From Faecalibaculum rodentium (GTDB taxonomy: Bacteria; Bacillota_I; Bacilli_A; Erysipelotrichales; Erysipelotrichaceae), in contig NZ_CP011391.1 in assembly GCF_001564455.1 (NCBI RefSeq), positions 1,350,001 through 1,382,000 of the forward strand: 32,000 nt of DNA. Reading direction: 5' to 3'. Shown here one piece after another: positions 1-7,323 of the stretch (within the stretch, counting starts at the first letter, position 1; each line of letters opens with the position of its first letter). The translations under genes were made by a program, and so were the position numbers. The notes under the pieces were generated by a model that saw nothing but the letters and a program-made list of their open reading frames with translations, was not told where the DNA came from and made no database searches.

Positions 1-481
1 GCGCCTTTGTCCGGGGCAGAAACCGGTCATAGTATCCGCCGCCATACCCCAGACGATGCAGGCCGTCAAAAGCCACCATCGGAACAAGGATCACGTCGAT
101 GTCCTCCGGTTCGACAAACTTTGCTGTGTCCGGATCCGGTTCCATGATTCCGTATGGTCCCTGCCGCAGCCTGCCGGTCCCGAAGCGCAGGGAGTGATTG
201 ACCGGATTGGTCAGGGGAAGAAGCCAGTCATCCTGCAGGATATCTGCCTCCTGTCCGATGGCGTGGTAGGCCGCCACGGTTTTTCCCTTCACAAAAGGAG
301 CAAGCCGTCTGAGGATGGCCTGCTCCTTTTCCCTGCGGCCGGTGATTGACTGCCGCTTTCCAGTCATCTCCCGGCGAATCTGCTTCCTCAGGGCCTGTCT
401 CTCGGTTTCAGAGTGCGCCAGGTCACTCCCGGCAGCAGAGCCGGGACGGCTCTCGTCAGTGTATGACCGCTTTGTCTTCAT
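1..481 (-). CDS. 5-formyltetrahydrofolate cyclo-ligase (MTHFS family), 3' end cut by window edge
   Basis: My own minus-strand translation from ATG 481..479 gives MKTKRSYTDES...VILVPMVAFDGLHRLGYGGGYYDRFLPRTKA, open to position 1. It is absent from the ORF track because there is no stop in the window. The GYGGGYYDR motif near the C-terminus is the family hallmark. It starts 6 nt after the sufB stop on the same strand. Confidence 0.75.
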   Translation of the reverse strand, partial: MKTKRSYTDESRPGSAAGSDLAHSETERQALRKQIRREMTGKRQSITGRREKEQAILRRLAPFVKGKTVAAYHAIGQEADILQDDWLLPLTNPVNHSLRFGTGRLRQGPYGIMEPDPDTAKFVEPEDIDVILVPMVAFDGLHRLGYGGGYYDRFLPRTKA

Positions 482-487
482 GACGGA

Positions 488-1885
488 TCAGCCGATCGCT
501 TCGCTCATGTCCAGCTTCAGCAGCTGGTTGAGCTCGACAGCGTATTCCATGGGAAGTTCTCTGGTGAAGGGTTCCAGGAAGCCCATGACGATCATCTCTG
601 TGGCCTGGGATTTCGTCAGTCCACGGCTCATGAGATAGAACAGCTGCTCCTCCGAAATGCTGGAGACCGTCGCCTCGTGTTCGATCTGGCTCGTGGGATT
701 CATCTGCCGGTTCAGCGGGATGGTGTCGGATTTCGATACCTTGTCGAGGATCAGCGTGTCGCACTCCACCTTGCTCTTGGCGTAGTCTGCATTCTTCGAA
801 TGTACGACCCAGCCGCGGTAGTTCACGATGCCGCCGGTGCGGGCAACGGATTTTGACACAATGCTGCTCGTGGTATGCGGTGCGTTGTGGATCATCTTCG
901 CCCCCGTGTCCTGGTACTGTCCACGGCTGCCGACGGCGATCGAAATCGTGGTCCCCTTCGCATACTCGCCAGCCAGGATGCAGGCCGGATACTTCATGTT
1001 GATGCCGGATCCGACGTTGCCGTCGATCCATTCCATGTGGCCATAGGCATCCACCTTCGCCCGTTTGGTCACGAGGTTGATGATGTTGTCGGACCAGTTC
1101 TGGACCGTGGAATACCGGCATTTGGCGTGTTCGTGGACAAAGATCTCGACAACCGCCGCATGCAGGGAATCCGAGGAGTAGATCGGAGCGGTGCACCCCT
1201 CCACGTAGTGGACATCGGCGCCTTCGTCGACAATGATGAGCGTGCGTTCGAACTGCCCCATGTTCATGGAGTTGATCCGGAAGTAGGACTGCAGCGGCTT
1301 GTCGAGCTGGACGCCTTTGGGGACATAGATGAAGGATCCGCCGGACCACACAGCGGTGTTCAGGGCCGCATACTTGTTGTCGGCGTAGGAGACGAGTTTT
1401 CCGAAATATTTCCGCACCAGATCGGGATGTTCCCGCAGGGCAGTGTCTGTATCCAGGAAAATGACACCCTTTTCCTCCACTTCCTCCAGCATGTTGTGAT
1501 AGACGACCTCGGATTCATACTGCGTGGAGACACCCGCAAGGAACTTCTGTTCCGCTTCCGGGATGCCCAGCCTGTCGAAGGTTTCCCGGATGGTTTCCGG
1601 TACGTCTTCCCAGTCGCTGCTCTGCCTGTCGGAGGGCTTGATGTAGTAGGTGAATTCGTCAAAATCGATGTCATTGAGGTTCGGGCCCCAGGTGGGGTTC
1701 GGGAGTTCCCGGAACTTGTGGTAGGCCTTTAAGCGCAGATCCAGCATCCACTCCGGTTCGTGTTTCATGGCCGAAATGTCCCGGATCGTCTGTTCGGTCA
1801 GGCCCTTGCCGGTGTTGTAGACCGTTACATCCTCGTCATGGAAGCCGTATTTGTACTCTGAACCCGGCAGGTTTGCATCACTCAT
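488..1885 (-). CDS. sufB: Fe-S cluster assembly scaffold protein SufB
   Basis: The ORF 488..2044 is trimmed to ATG 1885..1883 ([20 protein letters not shown]...), preceded by AAGGAGG. The result is 465 aa with typical SufB sequence throughout, including the C-terminal FYLMSRGL...A..MIV.GF motif. It follows sufU in a sufCDSUB arrangement. Confidence 0.95.
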   Translation of the reverse strand: MSDANLPGSEYKYGFHDEDVTVYNTGKGLTEQTIRDISAMKHEPEWMLDLRLKAYHKFRELPNPTWGPNLNDIDFDEFTYYIKPSDRQSSDWEDVPETIRETFDRLGIPEAEQKFLAGVSTQYESEVVYHNMLEEVEEKGVIFLDTDTALREHPDLVRKYFGKLVSYADNKYAALNTAVWSGGSFIYVPKGVQLDKPLQSYFRINSMNMGQFERTLIIVDEGADVHYVEGCTAPIYSSDSLHAAVVEIFVHEHAKCRYSTVQNWSDNIINLVTKRAKVDAYGHMEWIDGNVGSGINMKYPACILAGEYAKGTTISIAVGSRGQYQDTGAKMIHNAPHTTSSIVSKSVARTGGIVNYRGWVVHSKNADYAKSKVECDTLILDKVSKSDTIPLNRQMNPTSQIEHEATVSSISEEQLFYLMSRGLTKSQATEMIVMGFLEPFTRELPMEYAVELNQLLKLDMSEAIG

Positions 1886-2354
1886 TGCCTGTGGCCTCCT
1901 TGTCCTTTGCCGGATCGCCCGGCTTTCTGTAGTCATCCAGGATTTCCTCCATGGCATTCCAGCCAATGGTGGCACACTTGATGCGGTTTGCCTGCTTTCC
2001 CACGGTGGAAAAGGCAATGGCTTCCTCCAGGATGTCATCGTCATAGTCTTTCTGGTCGATCATTTTCCGGTAGTTGTCAATGATCTGCTGTGCCTCTTCC
2101 ACGGTCTTCCCCTTGACCAGTTCACAGAGAATGTCTGTGCTGGCGGTGGAAATCGTGCAGGCCACGCCGTCGAAATCCGCATCCTGGATGACCCCGTCTT
2201 TGATCTTTGCCTGGACAGTGATGTCGTCAATGCAGGATTCGCTCGCCATATGTTTCGAGTCATAGTCCTGTGACTCGGTGAGTTTCTTGTTCCGGGGATA
2301 CTGGTAGTGATCCATGATGATCTCCCGGAGGTATTTTGGATCGATGCTGGACAA
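1878..2354 (-). CDS. sufU: SufU/IscU-type sulfur-transfer (zinc-dependent) Fe-S assembly protein
   Basis: 158 aa with a TTG start at 2354..2352, 7 nt after GAAAGGAG. The N-terminus ...[17 protein letters not shown] aligns with the B. subtilis SufU N-terminus as I recall it (LYRQVIMDHYKNPRNKG). Conserved Cys residues are present ([21 protein letters not shown]). Confidence 0.9.
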   Translation of the reverse strand: MSSIDPKYLREIIMDHYQYPRNKKLTESQDYDSKHMASESCIDDITVQAKIKDGVIQDADFDGVACTISTASTDILCELVKGKTVEEAQQIIDNYRKMIDQKDYDDDILEEAIAFSTVGKQANRIKCATIGWNAMEEILDDYRKPGDPAKDKEATGNE

Positions 2355-2372
2355 CGCTTCGCTCCTTTCTAT

Positions 2373-3629
2373 CTAGAAAAAGATATCGAGGCAGTTGGTG
2401 AAGGTGCAGTCCTTGAGTGCTTCCACCAGTCTGTCGATGTCTTCGAATGTGTTGTAAAAATAGGCACTGGCCCTGACAGTTCCCGGCACGTCGATGAACT
2501 CCCCGAGCAGCTTGGCGCAGTGTTCACCGCTGCGGACCGCAATGCCCCTGGAGTTCAGGAAGCTTGCCACGTCCTGGGGAAAGATCAGCTTGCCGTCATC
2601 ATAGACATTGAATGTGATGATACCGCTTTTTGCCGTCGGGTTGTAGATCTTCACCCGTGGCAGTTCCTGGGCTGCCCTCTTCAGGAAGTGCTCCTTGAGT
2701 GCCAGTTCGTACTCATGAATGTTCTTCTTGCCGATACCGTCAATGTAGTCCATCGCTGCCTTCATGCCCAGGGCACCCTCGATGGGCTGTGTCCCGGACT
2801 CGTACTTGAAGGGTGTCTTCTTGAGCACAAGGTTGCCGCAGCGGTTGAAACGCGCATTGGATTCCCCGCCGAAGAACACCGGCGTCAGCTCTTCGAGCAG
2901 CTCGAAGCGTCCGTAGAGCACGCCGATGCCGGTGGGACCGCACATCTTGTGGGCCGAGAACACGAAGAAATCCACATCCATGTCCTGGACATCCACCGGC
3001 AGGTGGGCCACGGACTGGGCACCGTCAATGACGGTCAGGATGCCTTTTTCCCGGCAGATCTTCGCGATTTCCTTTACAGGGGCTTCGTAACCCAGGACAT
3101 TGGAGACCTGGGCGATGGCCACGACTTTTACCTTGTCATCCAGGACCGACAGGAAGTTTTCGACTGTCACCCGGCCCTCGGGAGAAAGAGGGATATAGCG
3201 GACTTCCACGCCCTTGCCTTCCCCGGCTTCAAGCCAGGGCAGCACGCTGGAGGCATGTTCGGACTGTGTGGAAATCACCACATCCCCTTCCTGCAGGACC
3301 TGGTTGGTGATGGCCATGGCCAGGATGTTCAGGGATTCTGTGGTCCCGGATGTGAAGACGATTTCCTTTTCGGATTTCGCATGGATGAACTGTGCCGTGC
3401 GCTTGCGCGCTTCCTCATAGTGGTAGTCCACCTGGGCACTCATTTCATAATCTCCACGATGGGCGTTGGCCCCCAAGTAGGTATAGTAGTTGACCACCGC
3501 ATCGATCATCTGCTGCGGCTTCAGGGTCGTGGCGCAGTTGTCCAGATAATCCACCGGGTAGCCGCTCATGGTCCGTTTGAGGATCGGGAAATCCGCCCGG
3601 ATCCGTTCAATGTTATCCCTGATGTCCAT
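2373..3629 (-). CDS. sufS: Cysteine desulfurase SufS (class V aminotransferase, PLP-dependent)
   Basis: The ORF 2373..3692 is trimmed to ATG 3629..3627 (MDIRDNIERIRADFPIL...YLDNCATT). It has an SAHKMCGPTG PLP-lysine region and the RSGEHCA active-site Cys motif. It overlaps the sufD stop by 17 nt. Confidence 0.93.
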   Translation of the reverse strand: MDIRDNIERIRADFPILKRTMSGYPVDYLDNCATTLKPQQMIDAVVNYYTYLGANAHRGDYEMSAQVDYHYEEARKRTAQFIHAKSEKEIVFTSGTTESLNILAMAITNQVLQEGDVVISTQSEHASSVLPWLEAGEGKGVEVRYIPLSPEGRVTVENFLSVLDDKVKVVAIAQVSNVLGYEAPVKEIAKICREKGILTVIDGAQSVAHLPVDVQDMDVDFFVFSAHKMCGPTGIGVLYGRFELLEELTPVFFGGESNARFNRCGNLVLKKTPFKYESGTQPIEGALGMKAAMDYIDGIGKKNIHEYELALKEHFLKRAAQELPRVKIYNPTAKSGIITFNVYDDGKLIFPQDVASFLNSRGIAVRSGEHCAKLLGEFIDVPGTVRASAYFYNTFEDIDRLVEALKDCTFTNCLDIFF

Positions 3630-4410
3630 ACAGTCCTGCCTTTCGTTCCAGATCCTCGCGCAGTCTGTGGCGCAGATCTTCGCTGCCAGCAAGGGAGATC
3701 ACCGGCATGAAATAGCCAATGGAGAGCAGGCTCATGGCCTGCAGGTTTGACAGGCCGCGGCTTTCCAGGTAGTACATCTGGTCGGCATCGGGCTGTCCGA
3801 CAGTCATGGCATGGCTGGCCTTGACTTCGTTTTCGTCTATGTACAGGATCGGCAGCACACGGGTTTTGTGGTCGGCATCCAGTGTCAGGACCCGGGTTTC
3901 CTGGTGACTTTCGCTGCCGCGGGCTCCCTTGACGATCTTCCCGGCTGCGACCATGTCATAGTCCGCCGCCCGGTGCAGCACCGCAAAGTTGTGCATCTTG
4001 CCGAAGGTGTGGTCTGTTTCACTCACCACCTGCAGGTCGTTTTTCTTCCTGGCACCCTCGCCGACCAGTTCCCCGGTGTACAGATCTGCACTGGCACCGG
4101 GCTCCTTGAGGCGGATTTCGCCCCGGAATTCCAGGAAACCTTTCTCCAGGTCCAGCAGGCCGATTTTCAGGTCCGCCTGGCTGTGCACGTCCGCTGACAG
4201 CGTGAGGGTCAGGTCATCGGATGATTCCCGCAGGATGAGGACCCTCAGTTCACTGTCCCTGTCGCAGCGCAGTGACAGATCCAGTGTCCGGACCTGGTCT
4301 CCGGCTTTCAGCAGCAGGGCGCCGTGACTTCCGCTTTCGGCCATCAGCTCCAGCCTGCCGTTTTCGGCCTGCAGGGTGCTGTCGTGACGCCCGGTCAGTC
4401 TGCGCTCCAT
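3613..4410 (-). CDS. sufD: SufD-like Fe-S assembly protein (short form, 265 aa)
   Basis: It sits between sufC and sufS. The C-terminal QMYYLESRGL...A..LL..GF motif is shared with the SufB/SufD family, and the body has a beta-helix-like repetitive character. It is shorter than the roughly 430-aa Bacillus SufD. Confidence 0.8.
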   Translation of the reverse strand: MERRLTGRHDSTLQAENGRLELMAESGSHGALLLKAGDQVRTLDLSLRCDRDSELRVLILRESSDDLTLTLSADVHSQADLKIGLLDLEKGFLEFRGEIRLKEPGASADLYTGELVGEGARKKNDLQVVSETDHTFGKMHNFAVLHRAADYDMVAAGKIVKGARGSESHQETRVLTLDADHKTRVLPILYIDENEVKASHAMTVGQPDADQMYYLESRGLSNLQAMSLLSIGYFMPVISLAGSEDLRHRLREDLERKAGLYGHQG

Positions 4411-4411
4411 G

Positions 4412-5227
4412 TCACTGGTCCTTTCTGGCGCCGCAGGTACCCAGGCTGATGGGACGGGACTTCTCTTCCCGCGCTGCCTTCACGCCGGTTTCCTTTTCGA
4501 TCCAGTCGTAGCCTTCGCCGTCGACTTTTTCAATCAGTTCCGGTCCACCGGACATCACGATGCGGCCATCCACCAGGATGTGGGCACGTGTCGGGTGCAG
4601 GTAGTCCAGGAACCTGGCATAGTGGCTGACCACGATCATTCCCAGACCGGTCTCTTTCTGGCATTCCCCGATGGCGTCTGCCACAATGCGCAGGGCATCC
4701 ACGTCCAGGCCGGAATCAATTTCATCCAGCATGGCAAAGCGGGGTTTCAGCAGCATCATCTGGACGATCTCGTTGCGCTTTTTCTCGCCCCCGGAGAACC
4801 CTTCATTCAGGAACCGGTGGGCCAGGTCGGGTTTCATTTCCAGTTCGGAAATGGCACGGTCCATTTCCTTGATGAACTTGAACAGGGAGATCGGTGTCTC
4901 GCGGCGCGCGTTGATGGCCGTGCGCAGGAAATCCGAGTTGGTGACCCCGGGAACCTCCGAGGGATACTGCATCCCCAGGAACAGTCCGGCGCGGCTGCGT
5001 TCATCCACCGGCATGGCCAGGACATCCTGACCGTCGAGCGTAACTGTACCGCGGGTCACTTTGTATTTCGGGTTCCCCATGATGGCTGCCAGCAGTGTGG
5101 ACTTGCCGTTGCCGTTGGGGCCCATAAGGGCGTGGCGTTCACCGGATCTGACGGTCAGGTCAACGCCTTTCAATATCTCCTGATCTTCCACGCTGACGTG
5201 GAGGTCTCTGATTTTCAATTCGGGCAT
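4412..5227 (-). CDS. sufC: SufC Fe-S assembly ATPase (ABC-type)
   Basis: MPELKIRDLHVSVEDQEILKGVDL... with Walker A GPNGNGKST, ABC signature FSGGEKKR and Walker B MLDEIDSGLD. AAGAGG lies upstream of ATG 5227. It is the first gene of the operon. Confidence 0.95.
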   Translation of the reverse strand: MPELKIRDLHVSVEDQEILKGVDLTVRSGERHALMGPNGNGKSTLLAAIMGNPKYKVTRGTVTLDGQDVLAMPVDERSRAGLFLGMQYPSEVPGVTNSDFLRTAINARRETPISLFKFIKEMDRAISELEMKPDLAHRFLNEGFSGGEKKRNEIVQMMLLKPRFAMLDEIDSGLDVDALRIVADAIGECQKETGLGMIVVSHYARFLDYLHPTRAHILVDGRIVMSGGPELIEKVDGEGYDWIEKETGVKAAREEKSRPISLGTCGARKDQ

Positions 5228-5541
5228 ATACTACCTCTTTTCACTACTGCTAATCATAGCAAAGCAGTATGTGAATCTCAAACCGCCGCCACTGCGATAC
5301 ATTGCTTTCCAAATCCGGGCTCTGTATAATTTAACAGTTATTCTCAGAGGTGGATTTCACTATTATTCGTTCTTAATCAAACCGTTATTTGCGTTAAATC
5401 AATGTTTTTCGCTGCATTATTTGAGTTTCAGTCATAATCATTACCGAACGTCTTTCCAAAAAATGCTCCAAAAAGTGCTCCAATTTTGTATCTGCCCACT
5501 CTGACGTTAATTTGATGCAGATGTTCGGATGATGAGGCATT

Positions 5542-5567
5542 AAAAAACGCCCCGGGTTTCCCCGGGG
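5542..5567 (-). terminator. Rho-independent terminator T1, ending the 2-gene cassette and the prophage late arm
   Basis: The minus-sense sequence right after the TAA at 5577..5575 is GACAAAA-CCCCGGG-GAAA-CCCGGGG-CG-TTTTTT. This gives a 7-bp GC stem (5550-5556 / 5561-5567), a 4-nt loop and a T6 run. Confidence 0.8.
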
Positions 5568-5574
5568 TTTTGTC

Positions 5575-6153
5575 TTATGGTCTGTCAAAATCCTCGTTAA
5601 GTTCTCTGGGAGCAAAATAGCCCTTGATACAATTCGGATTTTTAACTGCTATCTGCGTATGGGTACGTTCCATAAGAAGAGAACCCTCTGCGATTGGATC
5701 CCCTTCAAAGAAGAGACCTCTAACGAAATCAAACGGTGGCTTATCGTTTAGATCTTGAATTTCGTGGACAGCAGCTATAATGGCACAATCCAAATTTCTT
5801 AACAGTAAATCTCTACCATGGTTTTCTGGTAACGGAATTTGATGGTCAGCGCAGGCTTGCACTAAATACTCATACCCTTGCCTCAGGATGGGCGTCGCAA
5901 ATTGGTCTGTAAGATTTAAACAGTATCCCAAATCTAACGCTGCTCCGAGAACTCGGCCATTTTCTTTGTACCGTGCCTCCGCCCATTGTTTTGCTCGTTC
6001 TAGATTTCCTTCCCAGAAGTAAATACCAGGCCCGAGCCAGTCATAAGCGTTTGTGCTCTCTTTGAGGTCTTCTTTTCCAGATAACACTGCTTCGTAAACA
6101 TCTTTATGGCATCCGTGAAAGCCGAACACCACATTTGGAAGTTTTGAATACAT
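5575..6153 (-). CDS. Uncharacterised 192-aa protein with a diphtheria-toxin/PARP-like H-Y-[EDQ] motif arrangement (candidate ADP-ribosyltransferase fold); putative toxin/effector of a 2-gene module
   Basis: The ATG at 6153..6151 directly abuts the upstream TAA (TAAATG). Motifs are FGF-H13-GC, then 32 aa later YDWLGPGI-Y45-FWE, then T-Q167-IAV near the C-terminus. There is no signal peptide or TM segment. Sampled lines give about 38-40% GC. The functional call rests on motifs only. Confidence 0.45.
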   Translation of the reverse strand: MYSKLPNVVFGFHGCHKDVYEAVLSGKEDLKESTNAYDWLGPGIYFWEGNLERAKQWAEARYKENGRVLGAALDLGYCLNLTDQFATPILRQGYEYLVQACADHQIPLPENHGRDLLLRNLDCAIIAAVHEIQDLNDKPPFDFVRGLFFEGDPIAEGSLLMERTHTQIAVKNPNCIKGYFAPRELNEDFDRP

Positions 6154-6342
6154 TTACCAGTTAATACCCTGTGTAACAATCTGTTTTTTCGGTTTCCCGT
6201 TTTCTGTTATTCCCGATCTCTCTAAAAAACTAGCAGCCTGCTTTTTAGCCGCCACTGGGTTGCTTTTAGATAACTGCTTAAAAGCTTCTACCGTCTTACG
6301 CGCAGCATCGACATCTTTTTTAGTTACTCCATAAGCTGTCAT
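6154..6342 (-). CDS. Small (62 aa) lysine-rich helical protein, putative partner/antidote of the downstream gene
   Basis: The ORF 6154..6414 is trimmed to ATG 6342..6340 (MTAYGVTKKDVDAARKTVEAFKQL...GKPKKQIVTQGINW), 6 nt after GAAGGAGGA (6357..6349). It has 12 K/R against 5 D/E residues. Its stop is fused to the next start codon. Confidence 0.6.
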   Translation of the reverse strand: MTAYGVTKKDVDAARKTVEAFKQLSKSNPVAAKKQAASFLERSGITENGKPKKQIVTQGINW

Positions 6343-6379
6343 ACAAGTTCCTCCTTCACATTCTCCTTTGTTCATACAT

Positions 6380-6437
6380 ATTATTACATAACGAACGAAG
6401 ACGCGAGGTAACAATGCATTATTGGGGAATTTGTCAA
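6380..6437 (-). promoter_or_regulatory. Candidate promoter(s) for the 2-gene cassette
   Basis: On the minus sense there is a TTGACA (6437..6432) with only a poor -10 (TTGTTA) 17 nt downstream. There is also an extended -10-like TGTAATAAT (6388..6380) about 25 nt upstream of the SD. Neither is compelling alone. Confidence 0.3.
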
Positions 6438-6451
6438 CTTTTTTAATCGTT

Positions 6452-6477
6452 AAAAAAAGCCCCCGGGTTTCCCGGGG
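6452..6477 (-). terminator. Rho-independent terminator T2, directly after the endolysin gene
   Basis: The minus-sense sequence after the TAA at 6486..6484 is AAACAA-CCCCGGG-AAA-CCCGGGG-GC-TTTTTTT. This gives a 7-bp GC stem (6461-6467 / 6471-6477) and a T7 run. It is nearly identical to T1. Confidence 0.8.
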
Positions 6478-6483
6478 TTGTTT

Positions 6484-7323
6484 TTATTTAAATGTCGCCC
6501 AGGGGTCCTTACCCTGTGTCTCGCTGCCGCTTACTGCCACGCAGCCATAGCCGCCGGATGCTCTGATATAGCGCACCCACCGGTGGCCCTTGTAGGCACA
6601 TTTTGCGATGTACTTGACGCTCTGTCCCTTGTTGTATGTCACACCGGGGATGACTTCACCATCCGGATTATCCTTGTGGATTCGGATGGAGTCTTTGGTA
6701 AAGGTTGCGGTACCATTCTCAGCTACCCATTTGATAGATCCAGTGGAACCGCCAGTCTTCACGTCGGCTGCTTTTTTCCAGCTCATACCATTACCGTTGC
6801 GGATGGTCACACCATCAACCACGCAGGCTTTGTCTGCGCTGATGGAGTTGTGCAGGCAGTAAATTCCGTACCGGTTCGGGCCATCGTAAGGCCTGGAATA
6901 GCGTCCTTTGGCAACTTCAAAATGACAGTGGTTCCCTGTCGCCCGGCCAGCGGTGCCCTCATCGCCAAACTCTTCCCACTGAGCAAAAACATGACCTTTA
7001 TTGGCCAGTGCCAGGATGTCTCCGATGTAGTTATCGTGGATAAACATAAATGTCGCGTAATCAATGGTGCCATCTGCGAACATCACTTTATTCACAGACT
7101 CAAAGAAAATCGCGTTGCCGTTGGCTGCCGAGTCATGCCATTTATAGCGCATGGAACAAGGGGCAAAAGTCGGCTCAATGCCTGTGTCCTTGCCCGCAAT
7201 GTCCAGCGCATTAACGCCCTGGTGCGAATACTGCCCATTGTTTCCCTGGGTGATGGTCATCGTCTTCATGGGAAATCGGATGAGTTCGTAAGTCTTTCCG
7301 TCTTTGGTTTTTGTGAGTGTCAT
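6484..7323 (-). CDS. Endolysin: M23/LAS-type zinc peptidase-like catalytic domain + C-terminal SH3b-like cell-wall binding domain
   Basis: 279 aa. It has SHQGVNALDIAG and GRATGNHCHFEV (an HxH motif as in M23 TGPHLHFE). The C-terminal ...GQSVKYIAKCAYKGHRWVRYIRASGGYGCVAV... resembles SH3b. It is the last gene of the lysis cassette, has AAAGGAGAA upstream, and shares an ATGA overlap with the previous gene. Confidence 0.8.
   Translation of the reverse strand: MTLTKTKDGKTYELIRFPMKTMTITQGNNGQYSHQGVNALDIAGKDTGIEPTFAPCSMRYKWHDSAANGNAIFFESVNKVMFADGTIDYATFMFIHDNYIGDILALANKGHVFAQWEEFGDEGTAGRATGNHCHFEVAKGRYSRPYDGPNRYGIYCLHNSISADKACVVDGVTIRNGNGMSWKKAADVKTGGSTGSIKWVAENGTATFTKDSIRIHKDNPDGEVIPGVTYNKGQSVKYIAKCAYKGHRWVRYIRASGGYGCVAVSGSETQGKDPWATFK

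Noticed and set aside
456-1349. 297-aa minus-strand ORF overlapping sufB in another frame.
   Set aside because: It is Arg/His/Pro-rich nonsense sequence, and the sufB frame is unambiguous.
1886-2044. N-terminal extensions of track ORFs: sufB to 2044, sufS to 3692, small cassette ORF to 6414, CBM protein to 8717, paralog B to 13227, Dit to 18086, head-closure protein to 24216, protease to 26305, TerS to 29530.
   Set aside because: In each case an internal start is preceded by a good SD and matches the expected family N-terminus or the stop of the upstream gene. The extensions overlap upstream genes and look non-protein-like.
2307-3710. Long plus-strand ORFs antisense to real genes. Examples: 2307..3710 (467 aa), 24523..25674 (383 aa), 4409..5329 (306 aa), 6478..7359 (293 aa), 22282..23154 (290 aa), 875..1732 (285 aa), 19916..20704 (262 aa).
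   Set aside because: Each lies opposite a confidently recognisable minus-strand gene (sufS, capsid, sufC, endolysin, major tail, sufB, tape measure). Their translations are low-complexity and Arg/Gly/His/Val-rich with no recognisable motifs or SDs. These are typical shadow ORFs in GC-rich coding DNA.
3613-4410. Short SufD (265 aa) and a SufC with a ~20-aa C-terminal tail as possible pseudogenisation or novelty.
   Set aside because: The frames are intact, tightly coupled and carry the family C-terminal motif. I believe short SufD variants occur in some Firmicutes. There is no evidence of decay.
5455-5485. Short tandem repeat AAAAAATGCTCC / AAAAAGTGCTCC upstream of sufC as an att core or operator.
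   Set aside because: There are only two copies of about 8-12 nt in AT-rich DNA, which cannot be distinguished from chance without the other prophage end. It is kept only as a note inside the junction finding.
5394-5615. 73-aa minus-strand ORF spanning terminator T1 and the 3' end of the 192-aa gene.
   Set aside because: It overlaps a terminator hairpin and a better-supported gene, and it has no SD.
5575-6153. The 192-aa ART-like protein as a secreted exotoxin (diphtheria-toxin-style lysogenic conversion).
   Set aside because: It has no signal peptide and no receptor-binding or translocation domain. It is translationally coupled to a small upstream partner, so an intracellular toxin/immunity or defence role fits better. 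This is not excluded experimentally.
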